The notes beneath the pieces were generated by a model. That model saw only the letters and a list, made by a program, of their open reading frames with translations, did no database searches and had not been told where the DNA came from. From Thermoproteota archaeon (GTDB taxonomy: Archaea; Korarchaeota; Korarchaeia; Korarchaeales; Korarchaeaceae), in NCBI GenBank assembly GCA_026986575.1, contig JALSOH010000004.1, forward strand, positions 736,001 through 800,000: a stretch of DNA of 64,000 nucleotides, read 5' to 3'. Each line of letters opens with the position of its first letter. Position 1 is the stretch's first letter. Positions 27,113-36,071 of this stretch are shown here, piece by piece. The translations under genes and the position numbers were made by a program.

Positions 27113-27384
27113 GGCGAACCCACCCTCATTTTCTTATACGGCGAGGTTCCGGGTATCAGAATGCAATAATAGATTCCCTTCTCGCCTCCACATGTGCTTA
27201 CGAGCTCCCCCTGCCCCGATTGACCGAGGAGGATCCTGTATCCGAGCTGGTTTACCGTCCTCTTGAGGTTACTGCATGCCCTAGCTTTCCACTTCACCTG
27301 CCATCCGGGATGAACTCTAGTCGGGATCACCAGAGCGTAAGACACGACGAGAATTGAGATTAACGCAGCAAGCAGCCACTTCAA
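27109..27384 (-). CDS. Small exported protein, pilin-like
   Basis: N-terminal TM, 3 Cys; coupled on both sides (TTGA and ATGA overlaps). Confidence 0.55.
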   Translation of the reverse strand: MKWLLAALISILVVSYALVIPTRVHPGWQVKWKARACSNLKRTVNQLGYRILLGQSGQGELVSTCGGEKGIYYCILIPGTSPYKKMRVGSP

Positions 27385-27464
27385 CCTAGAGCACCTGCCA
27401 AAGCCATCAAGAGTAGGGCCACTATGAGCAGGGTCAATAGTGCCTCTAGGAACTCCTCTAACAT
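27381..27464 (-). CDS. 27-aa hydrophobic micro-protein MLEEFLEALLTLLIVALLLMALAGALG (not in the ORF track)
   Basis: ATG overlaps the upstream stop region, TGA overlaps the downstream TTG; exactly fills the operon gap; GGAGG upstream. Confidence 0.5.
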   Translation of the reverse strand: MLEEFLEALLTLLIVALLLMALAGALG

Positions 27465-27676
27465 CTCACGACCCTCCTTAGATAGTTGGAAGCGTCCAAA
27501 TCCAGCGAGTCAGCGAGCTCTCTTAACTTCCGCCGAACCTCGTTCATCCTAGCGCAGCCGTAGCTCTCGAGAGCAGGGATAAGGGAGGACAGGGCGAGTA
27601 GCACGATCAGCAGGAGGGCGATCAGTGATAGAAGGGAGAGAGAAGCGCTCAATCCTTCCTCCAAGCTCCCGCCCAT
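27458..27676 (-). CDS. Small pilin-like membrane protein (start 27676 or 27664)
   Basis: Short leader followed by a long hydrophobic helix (LSASLSLLSLIALLLIVLLAL) and an amphipathic helix. Confidence 0.55.
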   Translation of the reverse strand: MGGSLEEGLSASLSLLSLIALLLIVLLALSSLIPALESYGCARMNEVRRKLRELADSLDLDASNYLRRVVRC

Positions 27677-28041
27677 CCCAATGATACGTACTGCTCCCGC
27701 CAAATGCTGATGAACCTGCCGAAACCCAAGGCTTCACCGTGGCACCTGACCTCAAAGGGGTACCTGAGGCTGGCGGAGGCGTTTCCCGATCTCACCCTGA
27801 CTAGGTGTCCACCGCAGGAAAAGCTCACCTTGCATGGGAGGTACACATAGGTCTCAGAGAGTCCTCCCCCTAGCGAATTGGTTATTGCCAAGTCGATGGA
27901 TCTGATGGCCGTGTTCACACAATTTACGGATCTCTTCTCATCCAGCGATCTCATGGCCCTGCTGACCGGTCCGTTGATCGAGTACAGTATCAGGGCCAAT
28001 CCCGCCGCCATCAGGAGGGCCCTCTCTAGGGAAGCCCTCAT
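27649..28041 (-). CDS. Pilin-like protein with a class III signal-like N-terminus (MRA|SLE...)
   Basis: ATG at 28041 is ATGA-coupled to the upstream micro-ORF; hydrophobic helix, long alpha helix, then a beta-rich C-terminus with 4 Cys overall. Confidence 0.6.
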   Translation of the reverse strand: MRASLERALLMAAGLALILYSINGPVSRAMRSLDEKRSVNCVNTAIRSIDLAITNSLGGGLSETYVYLPCKVSFSCGGHLVRVRSGNASASLRYPFEVRCHGEALGFGRFISIWREQYVSLGWAGAWRKD

Positions 28042-28166
28042 CTCATCATCCTCCACCATGCCAGTAAGTACGCTGCTGCAGCTGCTATCGGGTAGAGGAA
28101 GGGATCGATCATCAGAGAGGCAGCCAGAGCGGCAGGAAGCAGGACTAGAAGGAACACTCCTCTCAT
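28038..28166 (-). CDS. 42-aa two-helix membrane micro-protein MRGVFLLVLLPAALAASLMIDPFLYPIAAAAAYLLAWWRMMR (not in the ORF track)
   Basis: GGGAGGT RBS just before the ATG; the stop overlaps the next ATG. Confidence 0.55.
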   Translation of the reverse strand: MRGVFLLVLLPAALAASLMIDPFLYPIAAAAAYLLAWWRMMR

Positions 28167-28236
28167 AGGACCTCCCATTCTTATTAGGAAGGAGAGATAG
28201 TGAACGATCTAAAATCGCGTTAAAATGGGAAAAATT

Positions 28237-29658
28237 TCAGGATGTTGGCCATTTCCTCCTCCTCAACTTGGTGAGGGCGAAATAGGCTGCTAGAGCGACC
28301 ACTATTCCTATTACTAGTCCCCAATACGGTGAAATCCCTTCACTGGATGCCGGAAAGCTGGTAACGGTGATAGCAGCCGAAGCGACCGCCACCCCGTAGC
28401 TCAGCACCGTGACGGTGTAGTTGCCCGGGCTCACCCCCTTGAACACTATTAGCTGACTGGAGCCGGGATCCAACGTGATTGAGCTGTGATCGATTTCCTC
28501 CCCCTCCCTGAGCAGGACGATATCAAACGTCCCAAGTACGCCACCGACGTTAGTTAGGTTGACCTCTATCGTCCCGTCAGAGGGAGAGGCCGACAGGGAG
28601 ACTGGAAGCGGCACGATTTGAAATGAGAGCGAGTGATCGTTATTCGCCCTGTCCACATCCACCCCATCCAAGGGTATCAGAGAGACCGTCAATGTGTGAT
28701 TCCCGACCGCTAGCTCCAAGGTTGGGATCTCCACATCGGCGAAGCCCTCTCCCTTAGGAGGTAAGGTATCGAGAAGCTGAGAGTCTATCAGCACGTCGTC
28801 CACGTACACGGTGACATTGACTCTGGTGGGGGATGGACCCTCGTTCACCACCCTGATCTTACCCGAGAGAACCTCGCCCCTCTGAACCCTCTTGGGGACC
28901 GAGACCTCCTTAACATGGACGTCACACGATGGTTTGACGTGCACCTTGGCTGAAGCTTGGCTGTAAGGCCTCTCTCCCCTAGTTATCAGGGCGACCAATT
29001 TGAAGGTCCCAGCTGACGGGGGAGTAAAGGGGAACTCGGCCATAGATATGGATTTGGGAGGAACATAGAGACTCTGTGCTCCTATCTCCGTATCGTTAAC
29101 GAACAGCCTCACTCTGAGATCTAGCGCGTCACCCGAGGGGTTCGGGATGTGGACCTTCACGAAGTATTCCCTTCCTTGAATCATCTCCCTCTCTACGTCG
29201 ATAAACGCCTCGACAAGCGGGATTACAGAGAACTTCATAGTATAGGTGTTGTCTTCGGGACGCGGGTCCCCGTACTCCTTGGACTCCACCGTCACCTTCA
29301 GGTCGTGCACTCCCACGGTAAGGTTCGAGGTCGGGACCTTCGTAGTGACGGTCGTATATCCCCCGGCTGGAATTGGGATGGATCCCTTAGACACATTACC
29401 TATTTCCCAAAACTCCACAACCTTAAGATCCTCATCCACATACACGCTCACCTTTACGATCCCGGAAAAGACCTTGAACTCCCTGTTTCTGATGTAGATA
29501 GTGAGGGTGAGGGGCTGTCCCTGCTGCACCTCTCCGTTAAGAGGCAGCACCGTTATCCTGTCTATAGAGAGGTCCCACTGCTGCTGGGATGTTGCATGAG
29601 CCAGCGGCATCATGAGGAGAGGAAGGAGCATTAGTAGGGTCCCCGACTTAGATGACAT
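28237..29658 (-). CDS. Surface protein with CARDB/Ig-like repeats and a C-terminal membrane anchor
   Basis: Signal peptide; repeated DL.I..I / V.VYVD / G.H.L.V / D...NN motifs; C-terminal TM followed by KLRRRK. Confidence 0.8.
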   Translation of the reverse strand: MSSKSGTLLMLLPLLMMPLAHATSQQQWDLSIDRITVLPLNGEVQQGQPLTLTIYIRNREFKVFSGIVKVSVYVDEDLKVVEFWEIGNVSKGSIPIPAGGYTTVTTKVPTSNLTVGVHDLKVTVESKEYGDPRPEDNTYTMKFSVIPLVEAFIDVEREMIQGREYFVKVHIPNPSGDALDLRVRLFVNDTEIGAQSLYVPPKSISMAEFPFTPPSAGTFKLVALITRGERPYSQASAKVHVKPSCDVHVKEVSVPKRVQRGEVLSGKIRVVNEGPSPTRVNVTVYVDDVLIDSQLLDTLPPKGEGFADVEIPTLELAVGNHTLTVSLIPLDGVDVDRANNDHSLSFQIVPLPVSLSASPSDGTIEVNLTNVGGVLGTFDIVLLREGEEIDHSSITLDPGSSQLIVFKGVSPGNYTVTVLSYGVAVASAAITVTSFPASSEGISPYWGLVIGIVVALAAYFALTKLRRRKWPTS

Positions 29659-29766
29659 CTCTCACCTCTCCCTCCTCCAATTAAATACGTTTGTTCGATC
29701 TTAGCCTATTCCCCCCACGACCGACAGGATTATGAGTTCGGATAGGGGCGATGTCCGGGTGCGATC

Positions 29767-30474
29767 ATGACGGAGCTGCTCTATATGGACGACTCCTACC
29801 TAAAGGAATTCGAGGCAGAGGTCGTCGAGGTGTCGGGGGACAAGGTCGTGCTCGATAAGACGGCTTTCTATCCCGTCGGTGGTGGTTTACCTAGCGACAC
29901 GGGTGTCCTGTTGAAGGGAAGCGAGGAATACCGGGTCGAGGAGGTGAGGAAGGAGGGAAGCAAGGTCTGGCACATGGTCCCCGGACACTCCCTCTCAGTA
30001 GGCGATGGGGTGAGGGGAGTGATCGATTGGAACAAAAGGTACAGGGTGATGAGGATGCACACGGCACTCCACGCCCTCATAGCGGTGATGAACCAGAAGT
30101 TCGGGGTACTCGTGACCGGAAACAAGGTGGCTCAAGATAGAAGCAGGGTAGATGTTAATTTGGAGAAGTCAGATAGGGAGCTGGTTGAGAAAGTAATTGC
30201 TGAAACGAACGAGGAGCTGGCTAAGGGACTTCCGGTCAAGATCTACTACCTCCCCAGGGAGGAGGCCATGAAGATACCCGGTATAGTGAAGCTGGCCAAA
30301 GCTCTCCCTCCAAGCGTTCAGAAGCTCAGGATAGTAGAGATAGAGGGACTGGACATTCAGGCGGACGGCGGCCCTCATGTCTCTAATACGAAGGAGGTAG
30401 GGAGGATAGTTTTCCTGAAGCTGGAGAACAAGGGGAAGAACAACAGAAGGATCCATTTCACCCTCGAACCCTGA
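29767..30474 (+). CDS. alaX: Alanyl-tRNA editing protein AlaX (AlaX-M type)
   Basis: LLYMDDSY, FYPVGGG.PSD.G, MRMHTALH, QADGGPHV. Confidence 0.92.
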   Translation: MTELLYMDDSYLKEFEAEVVEVSGDKVVLDKTAFYPVGGGLPSDTGVLLKGSEEYRVEEVRKEGSKVWHMVPGHSLSVGDGVRGVIDWNKRYRVMRMHTALHALIAVMNQKFGVLVTGNKVAQDRSRVDVNLEKSDRELVEKVIAETNEELAKGLPVKIYYLPREEAMKIPGIVKLAKALPPSVQKLRIVEIEGLDIQADGGPHVSNTKEVGRIVFLKLENKGKNNRRIHFTLEP

Positions 30475-30528
30475 GGGGAACGACAAAAAGCTCAAAGGAT
30501 TTATCCATGCTCCGAGGTGTCACCTCCC

Positions 30529-31452
30529 ATGAAGCTTCTCGACGAACTACTATCGAGGATCAAAGGGAGCAAAGGGGTAGAGAGAAAAGAGAACATAGAA
30601 GATATCCTAAAGAAGGCCCTGGGAGGCGAGGTTCTAGAGTTCGAGGAGGCTATGTCCTTCCTTGGAGCTGTCGAGGCCAAGCTGTCGAGGGAACCTCAGG
30701 TGAAGAGGGTAAAGGGAAAGGTGGTATTCATTGGAGACACCCACGGTGACTTCGACTCATCCAAGGAGGTCCTCAGAAAATTCAAGGACCATACACTTGT
30801 GTTCCTTGGAGATTACGTGGATAGGGGGAAGAAGCAAATAGAGAACGCCAACTTCCTCCTAGCCCACTACTACAAGGATCCAGATAGGGTGATTCTGCTC
30901 AGAGGAAACCACGAGTCCCCCGTGGTCAACCTGAATTATGGATTTATGGAGACGCTCTATCACACGTACGGCTCGGAGTGGCCCTTCCTGTTCATGAGGT
31001 ACAACGAGGTGTTCGCCAACCTTCCGTACGCTGCTGAGGCCTATGGCATACTCGCACTTCACGGGGGGATAGCTGAGGGATTGGAGTCGATGAAGCAGAT
31101 AAAGAAGCTACCGAAGAAGGACATGATACCCAGCAACAAGATAGCCTTTCAACTTCTATGGAACGATCCCTACGAGGGAATAGAGGGCTTCGGAGAGAAC
31201 TACAGCCGAGGAGGTGGCACCAAATACTACGGCAGAAAGGCCCTAGAATCCTTTCTTAAATCTAACGGTCTGAAAGGACTGGTTAGAGCTCACGAGGCCT
31301 ACCCAGAAGGTTACGCTTGGCTCTTTGGCGGTGAAACTGGGATAGAGGGCATGGAGAGCATACTCTTATCAGTCTTCACATGTAGGTATTACGGCATCCC
31401 GCCCAGAGTGGCGGTGTTCGATGGTAAGAAGGTGGAGGTCGTCAGGCTATGA
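30529..31452 (+). CDS. PPP-family Ser/Thr protein phosphatase
   Basis: GDTHG, LGDYVDRG, LRGNHE, HGG, LLWNDP, RAHE. Confidence 0.92.
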   Translation: MKLLDELLSRIKGSKGVERKENIEDILKKALGGEVLEFEEAMSFLGAVEAKLSREPQVKRVKGKVVFIGDTHGDFDSSKEVLRKFKDHTLVFLGDYVDRGKKQIENANFLLAHYYKDPDRVILLRGNHESPVVNLNYGFMETLYHTYGSEWPFLFMRYNEVFANLPYAAEAYGILALHGGIAEGLESMKQIKKLPKKDMIPSNKIAFQLLWNDPYEGIEGFGENYSRGGGTKYYGRKALESFLKSNGLKGLVRAHEAYPEGYAWLFGGETGIEGMESILLSVFTCRYYGIPPRVAVFDGKKVEVVRL

Positions 31453-32174
31453 GGCATGCTCTGCCTATCGCGTTGTTGATCCTAGTAACGATTCCACTCC
31501 TAACAGCGCTAGCTCTCCCACGGGAGGGAGAGGAGGTCCCTTACTTCAACGTCTTGACCTACGAAGGGGACAGAATATCCCCAGAGAGGTTGAAAGGGAA
31601 GTCTTTCATGCTTGTATTCGCGGCGGAATGGTGCCCCCACTGCAGGAAGGAGCTTCCCGCCCTGTCAAAAGCTTGGAAAGATGCTGGCCTAGATAGAGAG
31701 GATGTGATGTGCATCGTGATGATCGTTTCCAGCCAGCAGGATAAGGCCATAAAGTTCTACAAGTCCGTCGAACCCCCATCCAACTGGAGGCTGGTACCGG
31801 ATGCCAATTATATCGCCGAAAAGTACGGTGTGAGTGCAGTCCCGACCATGATTGTGGTCGACCAAGAGGGGAAGGTCGCGAGAATCTTTAGAGGGGAGGT
31901 ACCTCCACAACAAATAACGAATCTAGTCGGCGAACTGATTGGGGCCACGCCCAAACAAGGTAACTATACATCAACCTCCTCTAGTGTGACGCGGACACAG
32001 GTAAGTAGCGCTGCGAGCGGAAAGAACAACGATACTGGTCTGAAGCTGGGTCACATCATCCTCATAGGCTTGGGAGTTGCTCTAGTAGTCATATTCGGTG
32101 TCTGGTACTACAGAACCCTGAAGAAATTCGAGACATCGAAGAAGGGGAAAAAGAAGAGTAAGGGCAAGAGATGA
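31449..32174 (+). CDS. Exported TlpA/ResA-like thioredoxin with a C-terminal membrane anchor
   Basis: Signal peptide, WCPHC, cis-Pro loop AVPT, Ser/Thr linker, TM and Lys-rich tail. Confidence 0.88.
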   Translation: MRHALPIALLILVTIPLLTALALPREGEEVPYFNVLTYEGDRISPERLKGKSFMLVFAAEWCPHCRKELPALSKAWKDAGLDREDVMCIVMIVSSQQDKAIKFYKSVEPPSNWRLVPDANYIAEKYGVSAVPTMIVVDQEGKVARIFRGEVPPQQITNLVGELIGATPKQGNYTSTSSSVTRTQVSSAASGKNNDTGLKLGHIILIGLGVALVVIFGVWYYRTLKKFETSKKGKKKSKGKR

Positions 32175-32884
32175 GGGGGCAAGAGGATAGTAGTTGGGAG
32201 GGGAAGGCCCTCGCCTTCCTACTGGCAGCTACCATCCTCATGATGGTAGTTCCAACCCCATACCTCAGGGCACTCCTCTCATCCACAGTTTTCGTCTTGT
32301 TGGTGAGGTATCAAGGAGAGGACCTGAAAATAGGTTCCCTGAAGAGATCCGTGGCCGCGTCATTACTCGCATTCGCGATGACCCTGCCCCTCCTGCTATT
32401 CTCCAAACTAGAGTTCTCGGATTTCAATTCTGCGTTTCTACTCAGCGCGATCCCCTTTCACCTTTCAGTTGCCGTGTGGGAGGAAGTTGTCTACAGGGGA
32501 TATCCTCTCCTGAGGTTTTCACGCGTGAATCTACTGGCATCGTCCCTAGTCTTCTCTCTTATCCACGCATTCAACCCGGGGTTCGGACTTCAAGCCTTTC
32601 TAGGGATATTCATAGCCGGCCTCGCCTTAGGACTGGTGAGGTGCGAGTGGGGCCTCGGGCCCGCTATATCTATGCACTTCTCGTGGAACATCTCCATGGA
32701 GCACCTCTGGGGATATCCCACGAGCGGACTGCGGGGACCCAGCGTATTCGTATCAAAGCTCATCGGATCGGACATTCTAACCGGCGGAAATTTCGGACCG
32801 GAGGCCTCCATTATAGTGATGATAGAGTTCTCCTTACTCTTCCTTGCCCTCCGGTTTATGCGGCGATGGGACCGCTTACCTTAA
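32171..32884 (+). CDS. CPBP (Abi/CAAX) intramembrane metalloprotease
   Basis: EEVVYRG, FSLIH, HFSWN, TGG.FGPE. Confidence 0.88.
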   Translation: MRGQEDSSWEGKALAFLLAATILMMVVPTPYLRALLSSTVFVLLVRYQGEDLKIGSLKRSVAASLLAFAMTLPLLLFSKLEFSDFNSAFLLSAIPFHLSVAVWEEVVYRGYPLLRFSRVNLLASSLVFSLIHAFNPGFGLQAFLGIFIAGLALGLVRCEWGLGPAISMHFSWNISMEHLWGYPTSGLRGPSVFVSKLIGSDILTGGNFGPEASIIVMIEFSLLFLALRFMRRWDRLP

Positions 32885-32909
32885 AGGTTTTCATCTGCGT
32901 TCAACGCTT

Positions 32910-33746
32910 ATGTGGCTCGATCCCATATCCCTTCTGTGGTGGCTATTCATATTCTACCTGCTAATGGCCCCTCAGCTCCAGCATAGGGCCATCCAGAACG
33001 CCAGAAGAAAGGTCATGGAGGTCCTAGCTAGAAAGAGGGGAAGCAGCGTGATAACCCTCATCCATAGGGAGGAGTCCATCGGTCTGTTTGGGATACCCTT
33101 CTACAAGTTCATCGATATAGACGATTCCGAGAGCGTCCTGAGGGCGATAAGATCCACGCCCCCGGAAACCCCCATAGATCTGATAATTCACACGCCTGGA
33201 GGCCTCGTGCTGGCAGCTTCTCAGATAGCTAGGGCTTTGAAGAAGCACCCAGCGAAAACGACCGTGATAGTCCCCCACTATGCCATGAGCGGTGGTACTC
33301 TCATAGCTTTGGCAGCTGACGAGATAATCATGGACGAGAACGCTGTTCTAGGTCCGGTAGATCCCCAACTGGGTCAGTTCCCAGCTCCATCTCTGATAAA
33401 GGTCGTTGAGAAGAAGAGCGTGGACAAGGTTGATGATCAGACCTTGATACTAGCCGATGTAGCCGAAAAGGCGATAAACCAAGTGAGAGACCTCGTGACA
33501 TGGCTGCTTGAGGATAAGCTGGGCAGGGAGAAGGCTGAGGAGGTGGCGAAAACGCTGACTGAGGGAAGATGGACTCACGATTATCCTATAACCGTAGAAA
33601 TGGCGAGGGAGCTAGGTTTACCCGTTTCCACTGATGTGCCGTCGGAGGTCTATCAACTCATGGAACTCTTCCCGCAACCCCTGAAGACGAGGACCCAGAG
33701 TGTGGAATTCTTCCCCGCCCTGCCAAGGGGTGAGGGCAAGTCATGA
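32910..33746 (+). CDS. SDH-family ClpP-fold serine protease
   Basis: LIHR.E, HTPGG, AMSGGTLIAL, GPVDPQ, WTHDYP; N-terminal TM. Confidence 0.9.
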   Translation: MWLDPISLLWWLFIFYLLMAPQLQHRAIQNARRKVMEVLARKRGSSVITLIHREESIGLFGIPFYKFIDIDDSESVLRAIRSTPPETPIDLIIHTPGGLVLAASQIARALKKHPAKTTVIVPHYAMSGGTLIALAADEIIMDENAVLGPVDPQLGQFPAPSLIKVVEKKSVDKVDDQTLILADVAEKAINQVRDLVTWLLEDKLGREKAEEVAKTLTEGRWTHDYPITVEMARELGLPVSTDVPSEVYQLMELFPQPLKTRTQSVEFFPALPRGEGKS

Positions 33747-33791
33747 CTTTCACCATAGTTATTTTTATTTCCGTAATGGTTCTGTAGGGAG

Positions 33792-34232
33792 ATGCAGATG
33801 GATCCCGAGGAGATTAAGGCCAAGGTCCTGTATGCCCTGAGGTTCATCACAGATCCCGAAATACCGATAAATGTGGTCGACTTGGGACTGATCAGGAAGC
33901 TGGAGGTGGAAGACTCTAAAGTGTACCTGAGGGTTGTGATGACCGCCCCTGGCTGCCCATACTCCTCCATGATAGTCCAGCAAATAGAAGAGAGCATAAA
34001 GAGCGCGATACCCGAGCTGGAAGAGGTCAAGGTGGAGCTCGAAATATTTCCGCCTTGGACCCCCTTCGACATGACCGAGAGGGGGAGGGAGCAGTTCAAG
34101 AAGATGTACGGTTATGATTTGGCCGAAGGTTTCCTCAAGAGATATGGCAGCGTCGAGAACTACTACGAGCTGGTGAGGAAGTATTACGGCCTCGAGAAGG
34201 AGTCCAAAGAGGAAGGTGAGAAGGAGTCTTAA
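33792..34232 (+). CDS. DUF59/SufT-like metal-sulfur cluster assembly factor
   Basis: DPEIPINVVDLGLI, T.PGCP, PPWTP. Confidence 0.88.
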   Translation: MQMDPEEIKAKVLYALRFITDPEIPINVVDLGLIRKLEVEDSKVYLRVVMTAPGCPYSSMIVQQIEESIKSAIPELEEVKVELEIFPPWTPFDMTERGREQFKKMYGYDLAEGFLKRYGSVENYYELVRKYYGLEKESKEEGEKES

Positions 34233-34367
34233 GCTAAAATCACCTGAATTTAAGCATCCTCGCATCTTTCAAAAATTTTTGTCGCTATAATGTCGAAAAG
34301 ACCTAATGCGATTCCCCAGATCGCCTTTTTAAGTAATCCCTTCCATTCAAGGAGGGGGTGTCCTCCC

Positions 34368-35531
34368 ATTAGAGCAGCAGTTTTGGGTGCCGGATCGGTT
34401 GGTAAAGCCATCTCGTATGATCTTTACGAAAGGGTGACGGGTTCCGACCTCATCCTCGTCGACAAATGCAAGCCCTGCCTTGAGGAGGCCTCAAAATTTA
34501 TCGGCAGGTCCGAAGTCAAGCAAGCGGAGATAAGGGGAGAGGACGACATCTACAGGATAATAAAGGATGTGGACGTGGCCGTAAATGCCCTCCCCGGACG
34601 CTTCGGCAAGGCCTCTTGGATAGCCGCCATCAAGGCTGGGGTGGACCTCGTTGATGTGAGCTACTCCCCTGACGACCCCACCCAGTACCATGTGCAGGCT
34701 AGCGATGCTGGAGTGACGATAATTCCAGATGCCGGTGTAGCCCCCGGGCTTAGCAACATGATGGCTGGAAGGGCCTACGCCCAGCTCGAGGAGGTAAAGG
34801 AACTCAAAATATATGTGGGTGGGATTCCTGAAAGGCCGATACCTCCTCTCGGATACTTGGTGACTTGGAGCCCCGAGGACCTTATCGAGGAGTACGTAAG
34901 ACCTGCTAGGGTCATCAACAACGGTAACATCGTTGAGAAGCCTGCCGTCAGCGAGATCGAGAGAGTCTTCATACCCGGGGTGGGCGAGCTCGAGGCCTTC
35001 CTCACCGATGGCCTCAGGACCATGCTCAAGACCCTCAAGGGAGTGGAGGTCATGGAGGAGAAGACCCTCAGGTGGCCCGGGCACGCCGAGAAGATAGAAC
35101 TCTTGAAGGTGCTTGGGTACTTGGACAAGGACCCGCTGGATCTCAACGGATCGAGTGTGAGCCCCGCTAATTTGACCGCCAAGCTGTGGAGGGAGAAGCT
35201 CAAAGGAGACACGAAGGATATGGTAGTCCTCAGGGTAATTGCCAGCGGCAGGACGAGCCTTAACAACGTGGAGATAGAGTATAGGATGGTCGACAGGTAC
35301 GACGAGAACACAGGATTCTCAGCAGTGGCTAGGACGACCGCCTTCGTCGCTACCGGCATGCTCAAGCTTATAACCGAGGGATCTATTCCCGGACCGGGAG
35401 TGATCCCACCTGAGGTCATAGGGATGGACGAGAGCCTCTTCTCGTCTGTGGCTGAGTGGCTCTCTTGGAGGGGGATAAATATACTGGAGAGGGTGACCGA
35501 GTCTAGGAGGATCCCCTCTATCCCCTCCTGA
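34368..35531 (+). CDS. Saccharopine dehydrogenase/lysine 6-dehydrogenase family protein (ATT start inferred)
   Basis: VLGAGSVG, NALPG, DAGVAPGLSN, VGGIP, WSPEDLIEEY, EAFLTDGLRT, KTLRWPGH. Confidence 0.85.
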   Translation: MRAAVLGAGSVGKAISYDLYERVTGSDLILVDKCKPCLEEASKFIGRSEVKQAEIRGEDDIYRIIKDVDVAVNALPGRFGKASWIAAIKAGVDLVDVSYSPDDPTQYHVQASDAGVTIIPDAGVAPGLSNMMAGRAYAQLEEVKELKIYVGGIPERPIPPLGYLVTWSPEDLIEEYVRPARVINNGNIVEKPAVSEIERVFIPGVGELEAFLTDGLRTMLKTLKGVEVMEEKTLRWPGHAEKIELLKVLGYLDKDPLDLNGSSVSPANLTAKLWREKLKGDTKDMVVLRVIASGRTSLNNVEIEYRMVDRYDENTGFSAVARTTAFVATGMLKLITEGSIPGPGVIPPEVIGMDESLFSSVAEWLSWRGINILERVTESRRIPSIPS

Positions 35532-35820
35532 GTTTCTCCTCCACCACCCTCACTTTGTACTCCATAGTTATCGTCTTGTCCCTTCTGTCATCTATCTTTA
35601 TGACGGTAACCACTCTAGGCGCTCCCTTGGAGAAGGGAGACTCATGCATCTCCTTCAACACTTTGAAGAGTTCATCTAGGTCTCCTTCTATCACCGTAGA
35701 TGTGGGAGTCAGCTGGTACTTGAGACCCGACCGCTTCACCACTTTCAAAGCCTCGGCAACGTAATCGCTGACGCTGGCCCCCACTCCAACGGGGACTATC
35801 GTTATCTCCGCCATGGGCAT
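35518..35820 (-). CDS. MTH1187/YkoF-like thiamine-binding family protein
   Basis: SVSDYVA, Y.LTP.ST.IEG, RV.T.IKID.R.DK. Confidence 0.88.
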   Translation of the reverse strand: MPMAEITIVPVGVGASVSDYVAEALKVVKRSGLKYQLTPTSTVIEGDLDELFKVLKEMHESPFSKGAPRVVTVIKIDDRRDKTITMEYKVRVVEEKLRRG

Positions 35821-36071
35821 GAGATCACCCGTGCTCATCAAGTAACGAACAAGATTTAGGGTTTCCTTGGCCACGGCCGGTGATGCTATAAATTCATTCC
35901 ATTAACCTAGTGTGCCCAATCAATGCTATGTTGAGAGTAACTTGCCCGATATTAAGGTAAAGTCTACCATTTTTGATTCCCTCCGAACACTTCTTGGTAG
36001 TTGACCTCTTCTCATGACAGGATGACCTTTCAGCGCGGAAACATTATACGGGAATAGTTAACACATCTTCG

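Noticed and set aside
32194-32964. 256-aa alternative-frame ORF over the CPBP gene
   Set aside because: Shadow ORF; the family motifs are in the 32171 frame.
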